DNA from: Marsupella aquatica
Taxonomy: Eukaryota > Plantae > Marchantiophyta
Assembly: GCA_973895155.1 (NCBI GenBank)
Contig: OZ316893.1
Location: forward strand, 1,364,860 to 1,428,859
Direction: 5' to 3'
DNA: 64,000 bases
The notes under the pieces were generated by a model. The model did no database searches. It was given only the letters and a program-made list of their open reading frames with translations, and was not told the DNA's origin. The translations under genes were made by a program, and so were the position numbers. Shown piece after piece: positions 35,199 through 47,200 of the stretch (position 1 is the stretch's first letter; every line of letters starts with the position of its first letter).

Positions 35199-37725
35199 CA
35201 CAGAACTTGTCACCTCCATGAATAGCAAATATGTATAACAAGGAGTAAACTAAGCCGAATTGCATTCCTCTGAGGTGGTTGGGAGAAGTGCAAAGATTGC
35301 CAAGATAGTGGTTTTGTCTCCTTATACAATTCCTGAGGAAGATTTCCTTGTCCTGGAGACTTATTGCAAGGCAAATTGGCGGTCTTGGACCTTAGGATTC
35401 TCATGGACCAAGGATTTTTTAACACCCAAAACGGCCAGCATGATTTCTACAAATTGTTTTTCCTACCTGACTAAAAACTAATGTTCCAGAATGGATTCTA
35501 TCCAAGTAGCTTGTAAACATTGTAGTCTACAGGAGCTGTGATTTCAACCGACTGCAGTTTTGCTTTTATGAATTTGGAAGCACAATCCCAATTATTCAAA
35601 ATATTCCATCGTGTACAGCTGCATCAATTTTCATTGCAACCAGAAAATGCTCTGCTAATATCGAAGATTGTAGGCACAACCTGGATGGGGTCACAGGCAT
35701 CCCGACAGGTTCCGCTTCGTGACACTCCTGTGCGGTTTACTCCAGAGCTCTACTGGGCCTTTCAGTTCTCTGCTCAGTAGGGTGTTAGCCTTTTTGGCTC
35801 CTTTGTTGGTTACTTTTTGGTCCTTGTTGCTTTGGTAGCTTTTGATTGGGGACCCCTTGGCTGGTTTCCTTTTGATTGGGGACCCTCTTTTCCTCCCCTT
35901 CATTGGGTTGCTTTGCCTTTGGGATCATGTCTCCGGGTTCGGCATTTTTTGCCTTGGGCACTGTGGTAGTCACAGAGCTGGAAATGTATGAAGTTGTGCA
36001 AAGAGAAGCTCCACATTGGAATCACCAGCTGGCCCATTTTAGTGGAGAAAAGCCCTAGAAAAACTACGCATGTAAAAGGAAAATCAAAGGAAGGGATCTC
36101 AAGAGCTGGAAGTTTCCGGCCCTTGGCACTCCACAAATATTGCCGTCAGGCCTGGCATAGGAGGGGCTTCAGTAATGTACCTCTCGCTCACTCACATGCT
36201 GACATCTGTGAGGTTGAGTGCTGCATTCTTTAGGACACTGTACTTAGATTTACAATGTATGGATTCTCTTTTAAAGTTACCGGAAAGTGGTCAAGGTCAT
36301 TTCTTAGTTGTCTCAACTTATTGTCCATGTTCCCATAACTCTTGGGTTAGGGGAAGAACTTATTTCTGGTATAGGCGAGTTTTGAGACACCCCGACGTAG
36401 TAAATCTATCATCATCAGGGCATCTCAAACCTTTGGGTCCACAAAATATCCCTGGCCCGGAAGTATCAGTTTTCTGCAGTCCCAGGTGTACGGACAAGCT
36501 TTTTTGTGTTTGCCATTTTAGCTCCAAGAGAACAACCTTGACCGAACGCAGAACTTAGAGGTTTGAGAGGCCCCTCGAGAGGCCCTAACAGGGCATTTCA
36601 AAGCTAAGTCATTAGTGAAAGTTACGGATTTGTGGTATACCCTATAACTCTGGTTATGGGACCTAGTGATAGAATTTTAAAGATGGGGGAGGTAGCATTG
36701 ACCCAGCCCACAAGGCAAAAGTTATGGTCTCACCTGTCTCATAGCATATATATAGTTTTCCTTCCATTCTTGATCAGTCGCCACCTCAAATGCAGCAACG
36801 ATCACCACGTCAGGAGCAAATCCCACGTGCCTTCACTCATGGCTTTCCAGAGTTCCGGAGTCCTAGAATTCTGAATTTCTGGATTTGTGTCTAAGTTGCG
36901 GGAAAGTTATGTGTTAAGAGTTGAATCCGCAGGCTTTCCTTATGGTAGCCAAAGATCGGCTCCCATAACGTTCACGGGAGTTCTCATAATACATGAGTTA
37001 TGGGAGGGCCTTATCGTATTATAAAAATGCCAACGGAAGCCTACTTTTAAGGGCCTAGGTCTAGAATGAACCCTCTAGACAACAACTCCCAATACAAGCA
37101 AAACTAATAATGAGGTTCAATAAGGTCAAAATTTTAAATGAGGATGAACAAAAGTAACATTGACTCTAAATATTGATAAAAGTGAAATGAATATAGACAA
37201 AAACCAAGGATGGGGCAAAGACTAACCAAAACAGCATATGAATATTATTGTGAATTTTTTTTCTTCATATCTATTTCTCAAAGATAAATCATGGGGCTAA
37301 TCTTGTCAAGGCCAAACTTTGAGACTCCCTAATATTATTATTGTTTTGGGCACAGTTACATCCAGTCTTGTTAGGTCAGGACCTCTGCCTTACACTTGGC
37401 AACGAGGCACTCATCCACGGCTTGGAAAGCTGCTAAGCGCTGGTCCAATGCAGCAAAGGACAGTGCCACGACGGACCCAACGAGAGACCGCCATTGTTTT
37501 TCTTCGAAGCAGGTCTTTGGGTTCGGGCAAGCTCCCGTCGATTCCTCACGGTAGACGATAGTCCTTTCCTCTGGGTGGGATATAGGTTTAGAGGTTTTTG
37601 AGAACTCTTGCTGCAATAGAAAGAAGTGAGTGGATTCAATAGCAGGTGTGGCTAAGGTCTGAGATCTTGGGGATTGAAACTGTAAACCAGCAGAAAAGGA
37701 GTTGGTGAGGGAGAGAGAGAGAGAG

Positions 37726-39454
37726 ATGGCGTTGGAATGGATCGTGTTGTCTGCAGCCGTAGGGTTGGAGGCGGTGTTGGTGCTACTAGTGAGCTTGCCG
37801 TTGCCAAACTCTCTGGTGAAACCGATTGTGGATCTCTACAGGAACATTTTGCAACCTATGTTGGCCATTATACCGTTTGCACTCTTCCAGCTTTTAGGTA
37901 CTGCCCTACGTGCCTGAAGTTTGCAGGTCGCCGGATACTTGCCCTTTCCTTGCTTTTTTCTTAGCAATAGAAGTGGGTAGTTGGGGTACCTCTCATGTAT
38001 GTCATGACCGTCAGCCAAGTCATGAGAGGCACCCACCCCTGTCATGCTCCTCATGCTCGTATTGTTTTGCAGATGTTTACTGGAAATACGATCACAGGAT
38101 CAAGTGTACTCATGAACACTGTACTACAGTGGAGAGAGATCGCTTCGAAAAATCTGTATGTCCACTTGAATCTTCTCTCATGTGCGATGTACCTCAGATT
38201 TGGCAATTCTTGTTGAATTCGAATGGACCTGTTGGAATCTTGCTGTTTCGTGGTGTTTGAGGACGAAAATTGTCACAGAAGTTACGGGTCCTTCGAGCCC
38301 AGGAAGTTGCATATGTCGGTTGAGTGAAGACATCGAATAATGAAAAGGAAGATAGGTGGAATGAGAGTTTGAAAGCGCATCCTTTCTAGAAGATGTTCAA
38401 GATTTGCAGTGGCTTGAATTTGAGCTACTACAACGCATGCATGCAATTTCTCCCTGTGCATGCCATTTGTTTAGACAAGCAGCGAAGGTTGCAACCTTTT
38501 GAAAAATTCTGCAGTGAGAGAAAGTTGTCGGTCGGTTTGGTAACCTCGAAGACGCAAGGGAAATATTAGGAACGGTCCCAGCTCAACGAGATACCTATCA
38601 GGAAATTATCATGAACCCAGTGCGTTTTAGAAGTTTGTGAATGGAACCTTTGCCGCCCGGATCGAATGCAATCAATACTCAAAACCCCTGGGCCTATGCT
38701 CATTTAAGGTGGACGTTGATGAACTGGCTCATTTAAGATTAGATACTGCAAAGTAGGATTGTCCTCTTGATGTCCTTGAATAAATGGGAGAGGAGATTAG
38801 CTTTCTAGTTTTGGGGTATTTATTGCCACAGTTGGTTACACGCATGCCCTATGTCTTGTTCCTGTACGATTATAGTGGCTTGCAAAGTGGAAATCCCGCG
38901 GAGCGTGAGAACTTAAGATATACCGATTGGCGGGTCTTTGTTTAGCAGTCAAGATTACTGAGAATCGTCCTTTCTTTCGTCAGAAGGTTGAGATGCTTTA
39001 GGTACTGATTTAACTCTCTTACTGGGGTGGCCATGGTTGTTATCACAGATGTACAAGTCGGAACGAAATGGAATCCTGGCTCTAGCCGCCTTGTTTCTGT
39101 ACTGGTACGCCATCAACTTCACCTAGTTTGAGATCACATTGTCTTTCTTTCACGGATTTCCACGAAAATTGATATGGTTTTGATGACAGTGATCGACTGG
39201 TAGTTGCGGAGGACGTCTTGGTATTGTGATATATATGAAACAATGTGCCTGCATGATAGATTTGCTTTTAAAAGCTTGGCAGCTGCCGTGATTTTTGACC
39301 TCAATTCAGGGTGTTACCGTGGGCTCCTGAGTCGAGCGCACGTTTCTTCGCTAAAATCTGTCTTATTGTGTCCAGGATTTTGTATCGCTACGTGCATTAC
39401 ATCAATGAGTTGCAGCGTCTTGAGACGAAGGTTAATAGTCTGAAGGCAGAGTAA
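37726..39454 (+). CDS. BAP29/BAP31 (B-cell receptor-associated)-like ER membrane protein, 129 aa; exons 37726-37897, 38073-38155, 39049-39104, 39376-39454
   Basis: MALEWIVL..EAVLVLLVSLP..NILQPMLAIIPFALFQLLDVYWKYDHRIKC..C...ERDRFEKSMYKSERNGILALAALFLYWILYR..LQRLE. Three hydrophobic segments and a short coiled coil. Splice phases are consistent. Confidence 0.85.
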
Positions 39455-41285
39455 TTACAGCAATGATCCCTACTTTACATGAAATTGTGGCAATTAGATT
39501 GCACAAGGCTTTCCTACTCACCCGCCATGGTCTTTGGCCGGTTCTCGGTTATTGTTCGCTTTTTTGATTCTGTTTATACGTTCATTGTTTTCTCTTCTGA
39601 TTCTGTTTATACTATTTTGAGATGCCGCCGTTAGTGGACACTCGAAGGCGGACTTCACGCCCAAGTATTGGATTAAGGGTGTCACTTGGGAAGTGAAGGT
39701 GCCCTCTATCTAATGGATAGCGAGATTACTAATTGTACGTCACGTCTAGCTGTGTGAATCTTGCTGTATGGCTATTAAATATAACTTTTACTCTTCCCAG
39801 GAAATTGAAATTGATATTGGTTTGGTACTTCAGGCCTTGGTACTTCAGCCTTGTTCCTCGTTTGCAGAAATATCTTTGGTTCGGTATTATTGACTTGCAA
39901 AGCTGACAAAGGAATTGCACAGTGCTTTGGACCGGACTTGTGGAGCAAAGAAATTGTGGTTCTAACTTTTGTGGCCTTAGAAGATCGAGAAAGCTGGTTT
40001 ACAATTTTTTGTGAAGTATTCGGTAATGTATCTTGAGAAGTCTCTTAGTTTCAAAAAATGTTTACTACAGGAGACGTGGTAGAAGCAGCCTATCCGGTTA
40101 TGTTTCTCCTAGAATTTCTGGTGCAAGAAATATCATAAATGCTCAGAAACGTGGGGTTTACAACCATGCATGCATCAACTGCAATCCTGCCTCTTAACTT
40201 CTCTTCCTGAATTAAGTCTCCCCTGAGAGTCATTGGTTATTGAAGGTTCCCTGCTGTTTTGCGGTCCTTCGTTCTTCCTTCCAGCTATACTGCATATGCT
40301 GCCGCAAGAAGCAAATTGGTGAAACAATCAATTCCGAGAACGTTGTACCTATCGACATAATGACGCAAAGAAACAACAGTAAACGACGGCCGTCTAGGAT
40401 GCTCCCAGGATACCAGTATCCTGCATATCAACCCAGTCAACAAGTGCAAGGATCTTCCTCGAAATGCATCTACTCTTGTCAGCCGGCAATGCATATCTCG
40501 AACTGAACAGAGTATCTTTCGATTCAATGTACGACCCAATCCATAGCAAAGTGCACAAATGTGCCAAACGTTCTGTGCCATTTTGTTGTCGCCGTTGATA
40601 TTTTCCTATCTCCTAGAACTCGGTGGCTCGTGCTTTCTTTAGTGTAGACATCCTTACCGGCCAACTCCAGTTCCCCCAGAGTCTGCTTGAAAAAGGACTT
40701 CCAGGGCCTTTTGCTCGAATAACGAAACATGACACCAATAGAATCCTCGATTGAGTACATTTTTGATGATAGTCGTCTACTAAAATGAGTAATCACGGGT
40801 CGAATATTTAGACGTGCGTGGATTGCTCTGTCCCGAGCTGACTTCGAGTTGATTTGACTTCCAAGGACACGTTTCCAGACTTGCATCATCAGCCAGTTGC
40901 TCGTCGACGAGGCTTTAGATCTGAAACCTAAACCCTCTAAGTTACTGAGCAGCACATTGGGAGGACTGGAGCCGTCTTTCCACGGTTTGTTTCCAGGAAT
41001 TGTTGCATCTTTTTCGTTTTGTGAGATTTCATTGGAACACGCTGTGTTGTTGCTCAAACAGGCCCCGCAGACTAATCTATTATGGCGTTACGTTCGTAAG
41101 GTAAGGATTGAAATAGTCGACAGTGTCATACAACTTGCCTCGATGGATAGATTTCACCAATTGGCAGAGGATGTTAGACGGTTATTTGATCAAGAAATTG
41201 CTAAGGAGATATATGCGTGTTTAGTGTCCTTTACGTCCTATTTACAATGTCTGAGGCAGCAATTTTCCAAGCAGTTCTGGCATCT

Positions 41286-41500
41286 TTGATTCTGTAGATT
41301 AGTTACTCCAATTACAAGAGGCTTGTATATGATGTGGTACTCATTAGATAGGGTTGTCACCAACTTTCAAATACAATGAGACCGAGGCCAGCCATATTTG
41401 ATTCTGTAGATTAGTTACTCCAATTACAAGAGACTTGTATATGATGTGTTACTCATTAGATAGGGTTGTCACCAACTTCCAAATACAAAATGAGACCGAG
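41286..41500. repeat. Tandem duplication of about 110 bp
   Basis: TTGATTCTGTAGATTAGTTACTCCAATTACAAGAG.CTTGTATATGATGTG.TACTCATTAGATAGGGTTGTCACCAACTT..AAATACAA..TGAGACCGAGG occurs twice. Confidence 0.85.
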
Positions 41501-42427
41501 GTTTACATTTACTAAGGACAGATGTCCTAGCGTTAGCCCAAGAGATAAAACCGCACCTACGCAAGTTCGGAACCAAGTCACCAGCCTTCCTAAAGGACAC
41601 AGCATGGGCACATAGCCTTTCTCGCGAACTCCTTGCCGTTCTTTTCAAAGAAAGCCCTGCAGGTTGCGTCGCACACAGCATTTGGAAAATCTCCTTCAAC
41701 TGTACATTCCCGACCATATCTGAAAGATATATTCTCGTCATGGCAAGCCATTTTTTTCAAATCCTCTAGCACCACCCCAAATTGACACAAGGAGGCGCAC
41801 ACCAATTTCGACAATCTTATTCTCTTGAACCTGCCACTCATCGAAGTCGTTCTCCCATGCCTGCAATTCGTGCTTGCCCGTTTGAGAGCATGGATAGGAT
41901 GCTCTTCCAAGCAGACTTGGTATGTTCCCAGGACACTTCCCATTGCTTCCTTATCTGGTTGCTGGCCTTCGAAAAGATGTGCCACAAAATTAATTCCGGA
42001 CCCTTCTTCTGGTGAGGGTGCATCGCTTCTTCAAAACGAGGAAGTAGCCGGAGATCTGCTCCGTGAAAATCCTCAATGCTACAGACTGGAGCCGTGCAGG
42101 TTGGGCTGCATTTGTAAAAGTGCATCTGCTATGCCTCCCAACTTTTGCTTCTGCTCTCATAATGCTTTTGGCAAAATTTTCCCCCTTTTGCTTCTGCTCT
42201 CATAATGCTTTTGACATTTTCCATTGCTCCTGCCAATGCGTATGGTGTTAGTAGTGCTGTGACTCTGTTGACTGATCAGATCTAAGAAATTACAAATGAT
42301 ATCGAATGTAGCAGGCACTGAAAGTCCCCCCCTCTCGAAACCAATTTAAGCAGCAGTCACCTCCATTCCTAATAAGGCAAACATAGTTCGACGTTGCCAA
42401 CTGCAGAGCAAGTCATTACATCACTAG

Positions 42428-42715
42428 TCAGGAATCGAGAGGAACACTTACTTCACTATCTTCACAACCCGCAACGAAATAGCTTTGAATATCCCGGAAA
42501 ACTACACCACAACCTCGACAAAATATTCCCGCCTCGTCTGTACATTCAAAGTTTCTGTGCTCGCAGCTGCTCTTGTTTTGCTGACATGATTTTGGTGCCG
42601 GTATCTCAATCCCTTCAGCTCCACAGTCCTCGCAGTAAAACCCCACGCCATACTCAAAGTCAAAGCTCTTATGGCGGCAAACCCCTTCAGCTGTCACGCA
42701 TTGTTTTGTTGTCAT
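42428..42715 (-). CDS. Orphan 95-aa ORF with two tandem CxH-x12-CxxCG zinc-ribbon-like motifs
   Basis: CRHKSFDFEYGVGFYCEDCG and CEHRNFECTDEAGIFCRGCG have identical ligand spacing. ATG at 42715. Expression is unknown. Confidence 0.4.
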   Translation of the reverse strand: MTTKQCVTAEGVCRHKSFDFEYGVGFYCEDCGAEGIEIPAPKSCQQNKSSCEHRNFECTDEAGIFCRGCGVVFRDIQSYFVAGCEDSEVSVPLDS

Positions 42716-43756
42716 TTCAGAAGAAGCTCCAGACCTCGAAGAAGCACCAGACCTCCACACCCTATTTCTATTGTTATCGGAAACTCACTAGACAACAGCC
42801 AAAATGGTGAGGACCTCCGGGATCAACGTAGAAGATTGGCTATGAAGGATTGGATATCTAAACCAGCGTTATTATGATGATGGAGGAGAACTCTCATCTA
42901 CAGGTTCTTGACTAGATTGAATGAAAGAAAAAGCCCATGAGTGAACGAGCATCATCACAAGATACGACTGACCCAACACAATGTCGCCGTGCAGCTTCGA
43001 TCAGCCGAGCGAGGAGCATTGGCACAACGATCAAAGACTGATGGGGAAGAATCATCTGCAATAGTAGTAGTGTGGGATTGTTGCATGGAAATCTATCGAC
43101 GCTTTTTTTAAGCATAGGGTGTACTTCCTCTTTTGTACATGCACCGTTTTTATTTCCCTCCAACCACACCTGCCCCTATCACTATCTACACTACAACTAT
43201 AATAGACAATGCCTATATTCACTATCTACAATGCCACCATTCACTATCTTCGGTACAACTATAATAGACAAGGCCTGAATCCCACCATTTTTGGTCCTTG
43301 GTACCGTTATGAAATCCAGAATGGACGGGAACCTGCCCCTATCTCTATCTGCAGTACAACTATAATAGACAATGCCACCATTTTTGGTCATTTGTATGGT
43401 TATGAAATCCATAATGGACAGGAATCAAAACTGGCCAATAGATATTAAATTAGATAATTTTTGTATCCATTTGATTAGCACTTGCCCTCTTTGGCGAGGC
43501 CTCCCACGCCCATGCCTTCATTATGGACCTCCACATGATATATTTATACGGGCATCAATGCTTGCGATGCCTCGTCTTGACGCCCTGCCTTGCCCTCCCC
43601 TCAGTCCCCGCCCGGCCTCACCCTAATGCCTTCGCCCTGACACCCTACCTTGCCCTCCTCTCGGTCCCCATGCGCTTGCCCCTGACTCTCGCCCCCGGCC
43701 CGACTCCCTATGGGCTGGCCCTCCTTGTGCCGTGCAATGCACGCCCATAGGGCTTG

Positions 43757-44112
43757 TGTTGAGCATAGACGACGATCGCAACGGCAAGCCCATGAACCAT
43801 CCAACGCACAATAGTCGACACAGAGAGATACGTGGTTCACCTCCACATGAGGCTACGTCCACAGGAACACACAAGAGCTTTACTGCACTCTAGGCCAACT
43901 GGCCATACCAAGCATCCACAACACAAGTTCTCTCTATCTCTCAACTCAGTGGCTCCATAACAATGAGCCTGAGTTCCAACTCTCCAAGCAAACACCGCTT
44001 GGTTATAGAGTGTGCACAACATGACTAACCTAACCAAGTCTAAGGTTAGCGACTAAGGTTAGCCTTAACTACGGTGCAGTCGTGACTCTAGACCTAAGAG
44101 TAAATCCTAACA
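43757..44112 (-). mobile_element. Solo LTR (356 bp), same family as 25168-25511, opposite orientation
   Basis: Termini TGTTGAG...CTAACA on +, with a 5-bp TSD GCTTG at 43752-43756 and 44113-44117. Its reverse complement aligns end to end with the first copy. Confidence 0.87.
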
Positions 44113-44139
44113 GCTTGTTCACCATAAAAGGTCTATTCA

Positions 44140-44280
44140 CCATAACAGGTGGAGCACTTGCCAATTAAAAGGTGTTACACTCACCACATTTTGTGGTGCT
44201 CAAAGCACATTCCTGAACCTGTGCACTTTACAATGAGAGCAACGGGTAACCCCTAGCTCCTTTAAGGTGCACTTGTGGTT
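44140..44280. repeat. Dispersed repeat, inverted homologue of 51977-52110
   Basis: GGAGCACTTGCCAAT..AACCTGTGCACTTTA..GGGTAACC..TGCACTTGTG matches the reverse complement of CACAAGTGCA..GGTTACCC..TAAAGTGCACAGGTT..ATTGGCAAGTGCTCC. Confidence 0.65.
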
Positions 44281-46103
44281 TAAGCACATCTAGCAATTTC
44301 TCTTTGTACATTTGCTCTCCTTCTTTCTTTATCTATTTTATCTCAGTCTACCCAATGCCTCAAGCTCACTAAAAGAGTGCCACTCTTGCTTGTGTGTGGT
44401 ATGAATCACCCAAGGGCTTGGATGATTTATATCCCATACAGCTCGTGACCCCCTTTCTCGACAAAGTAGGGGGAGGGCTACTTGATTCATACTATACAAT
44501 ATTCCTAGGTCTTAATCAAAGCATCATTAGTTCTTAGCATGTGTAAATAATCACCTCCGCTCCATCCAGGAGCGGTGTTAATGGTTTATCCTTGGGTTTA
44601 TTCAAGGAGAGCACCAGAAACAAGTTCTTTGTCATAGAGTCACGGAACTCGACTACCCTAACACCCGCCCTAACACTTAGCTCCAGCGTCGCCCCGATCG
44701 TTGCTGACTCTGACGCCGAGCTCCTCTATGGTCTAAGCCTCCGGAACAACCTTTTGGTGGGGACTAAGTATGGGGAGACTACTGGGCAACAAAACATTGC
44801 ACTAGCAAGGGCAAGACTCTAAGCTGGTGATGCACACTAAAGACTTAGACTAGCGTGGGAGCTGGTCGGGTCATGGGAAAGGCTGAGCTTAGGGTGGGCC
44901 GTCCGGACCCCTGGACGGACTTCGAGTTGTGAGGGCTCAAGTGAGAGCTCTTCTTGGTCTTCCGTGCCAACCTCCAACATGACGACCTTCAATGCCACGG
45001 CCTCACATAAGGCCAATGCCATGCTTTCTATCTCGGCTATGGTGGCCTGGGGAGGCACGAGGGGAGGCATGACTATTCCTGACCCGAAAGGTTTATGTTT
45101 TACTTTCTCTTTCCTTTCTAGGACAGCCAATGCCTTGCCCTTGCCCACTACCTCTGGCAAGGGTACTGGTGCTTTGGCCGGTCGCGATCTCTTGGCCATC
45201 ACTACGCCGGGCAACTTTCTTGCCGCAGCCCGGCCCAGCTCGACCCGGCCCTGAATTATCCCTCACTAACACGAGTACGAACATGAACTGAACCCTATCA
45301 GTTCATATAACACACATACAAAACATATAAATTTGGATATCATGATATATTCTAATACTGACTAGAATGTTCTCGAGAATGTTGTGACAACGATGACATG
45401 ATAAGATCAATTAGCTCTCAAGGAGTGGACTAATTTTTTTTGTAGGAACCACGTGCAATTCAAACTACGCATTGTTGATAAAATTAGCTAAATTGTTAAA
45501 AAGCATATGATGCAAAAGAAGGTATAAAGCCATATTTATTGAACATTCTCTGGTATATACTCTCTATAAAATAAAATAGGTAATTAATATTAAAAAGGTG
45601 AGTAAGTGATGGGAGGGAGTAAATATCAGTGGAAAATATTTGGCTCATCCCCTCGGTCAGTTGGTTACTCAGATGAATGTATGCGGTTTGTCCTGGTTGG
45701 CGATCAGTTGGATGTCTGGTTGGTTCCATATGCTATTTGTGTGCTGCTTCTGGTTCATACTGGTTATTAGTTAGTTTTAGTTACTTTCTGCCATCTGGCT
45801 TTGTTTGGCCCCCTCCTGCCATCTTTGACTAGCCCCTCTCTCTGGCAGTCTGGTAGGGCTGATCCTCCTATTTCTCTGGGTGTGCTTTCCTCTCATATGC
45901 CCCCATTAATTGTTTTTTTGTCCCCAGCCTTAGCCTTTCAGGCAGATGTATTTGTTTGTCCTGGTGAATAAAGTTGTGGGGTCTTCCCTCTTCCCCCCCA
46001 AAAAAAGAAAAAAGAAAAAAAGAAGAAAAAAAGAAGAAGAAGCTTTGGGTATTGGGCATTGGGTATTGGGCTCCTAAAAAATAATAGGGGTTTAATTAGA
46101 TGC

Positions 46104-46256
46104 ACATTTGCTTACGTGAAGAGGTGATTATTCATTGACAGGCATGTCTGCCTTACCCGTTGAGCCCTATTCAATCAAACGTACATTTGCTTACGTGAAT
46201 CGAAGAGGTGACTATTCATCGACAGGATAGTCTGCCTTACCCGTTGAGCCCTATTT
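46104..46256. repeat. Tandem duplication of about 70-80 bp upstream of the P450
   Basis: ACATTTGCTTACGTGAA..GAGGTGA.TATTCAT.GACAGG..TCTGCCTTACCCGTTGAGCCCTATT occurs twice. Each copy has a TTACGTG ACGT-core element. Confidence 0.75.
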
Positions 46257-47200
46257 AAACATGCGACAGAAGCAGACATCCCGGATTCGTCATTCTTGAA
46301 GACCCTGAAGGGAAGGCTCGATCAGGTGCGCGTAGTCGTGTACATTGAGGAACAACCCATCTGAATTCCGAGAGAAGGCACTGCTCACGGCTTGATGCTT
46401 TCATCATGAGGCATGCTTGCTTTTGTCCGTGGCCGCTAATTTGTATATATGCAGGAGGACCTGACCTTGATCGATCGACTGCACGAATTTGATGTGCTTT
46501 CCTTGCTGCGCAGATAGCCGTCTGTCGCGGACATCCCGAGTGACGGATTAGTGCAACGATTTCACCAGTGAAGTCTCTTTCACACAGGCCTTTTGTTCCG
46601 ACTCAGAAGACTTTCAGGTAATATCAACGCTATGGGAAATATGTTGTACAGGTGAACCGTTCTAACAGACTGCGTTTAGGGTAATTGAATGGATACCATG
46701 GAGAGAAAGCCAAAGTATCCATGCAGGAAATCATGAAGGGGTGTCCTGTTGTTGTTGTCGTCTTTCGACACAAGCTCGATCTTTCTATAGAAGATTTGCA
46801 TTGTGTATAGTTCGTTGTTGAAGTGTAAACGAAGTTACATGTGGCAGTGAGCGTAATTCAGAAGAGAGAGGGGAGAACCTCATGCCTGCAGGAGCCCTGT
46901 CATTGTAGAAGCCCAGAACTTAGATGTGACAACAGTCTGTACAAGCTGCTTACGTACCGAGAGATTGAATGAGCTCCTGGCTGGATCGGAGTACATGCTG
47001 AAGTAATTAGAGCACAGACCTGAGATCTGTCATGATAATTCAGATCGAAGCCGAAGGGGATCCAATGGAAAGTTGTCCAGCACAGACCCTAAACTGTCGA
47101 TCTGCTGGACAAAAATTGTTTGACGATATGTTTTAATTGCTTTGTAGGCGTTATCTTTCTGTCTACAATCTGCTCAAAACTTGTAGCAGCTGCTGCGAAG

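Noticed and set aside
25168-44112. The two LTRs as the ends of one large element
   Set aside because: They are inverted, diverged, and each has its own distinct TSD.
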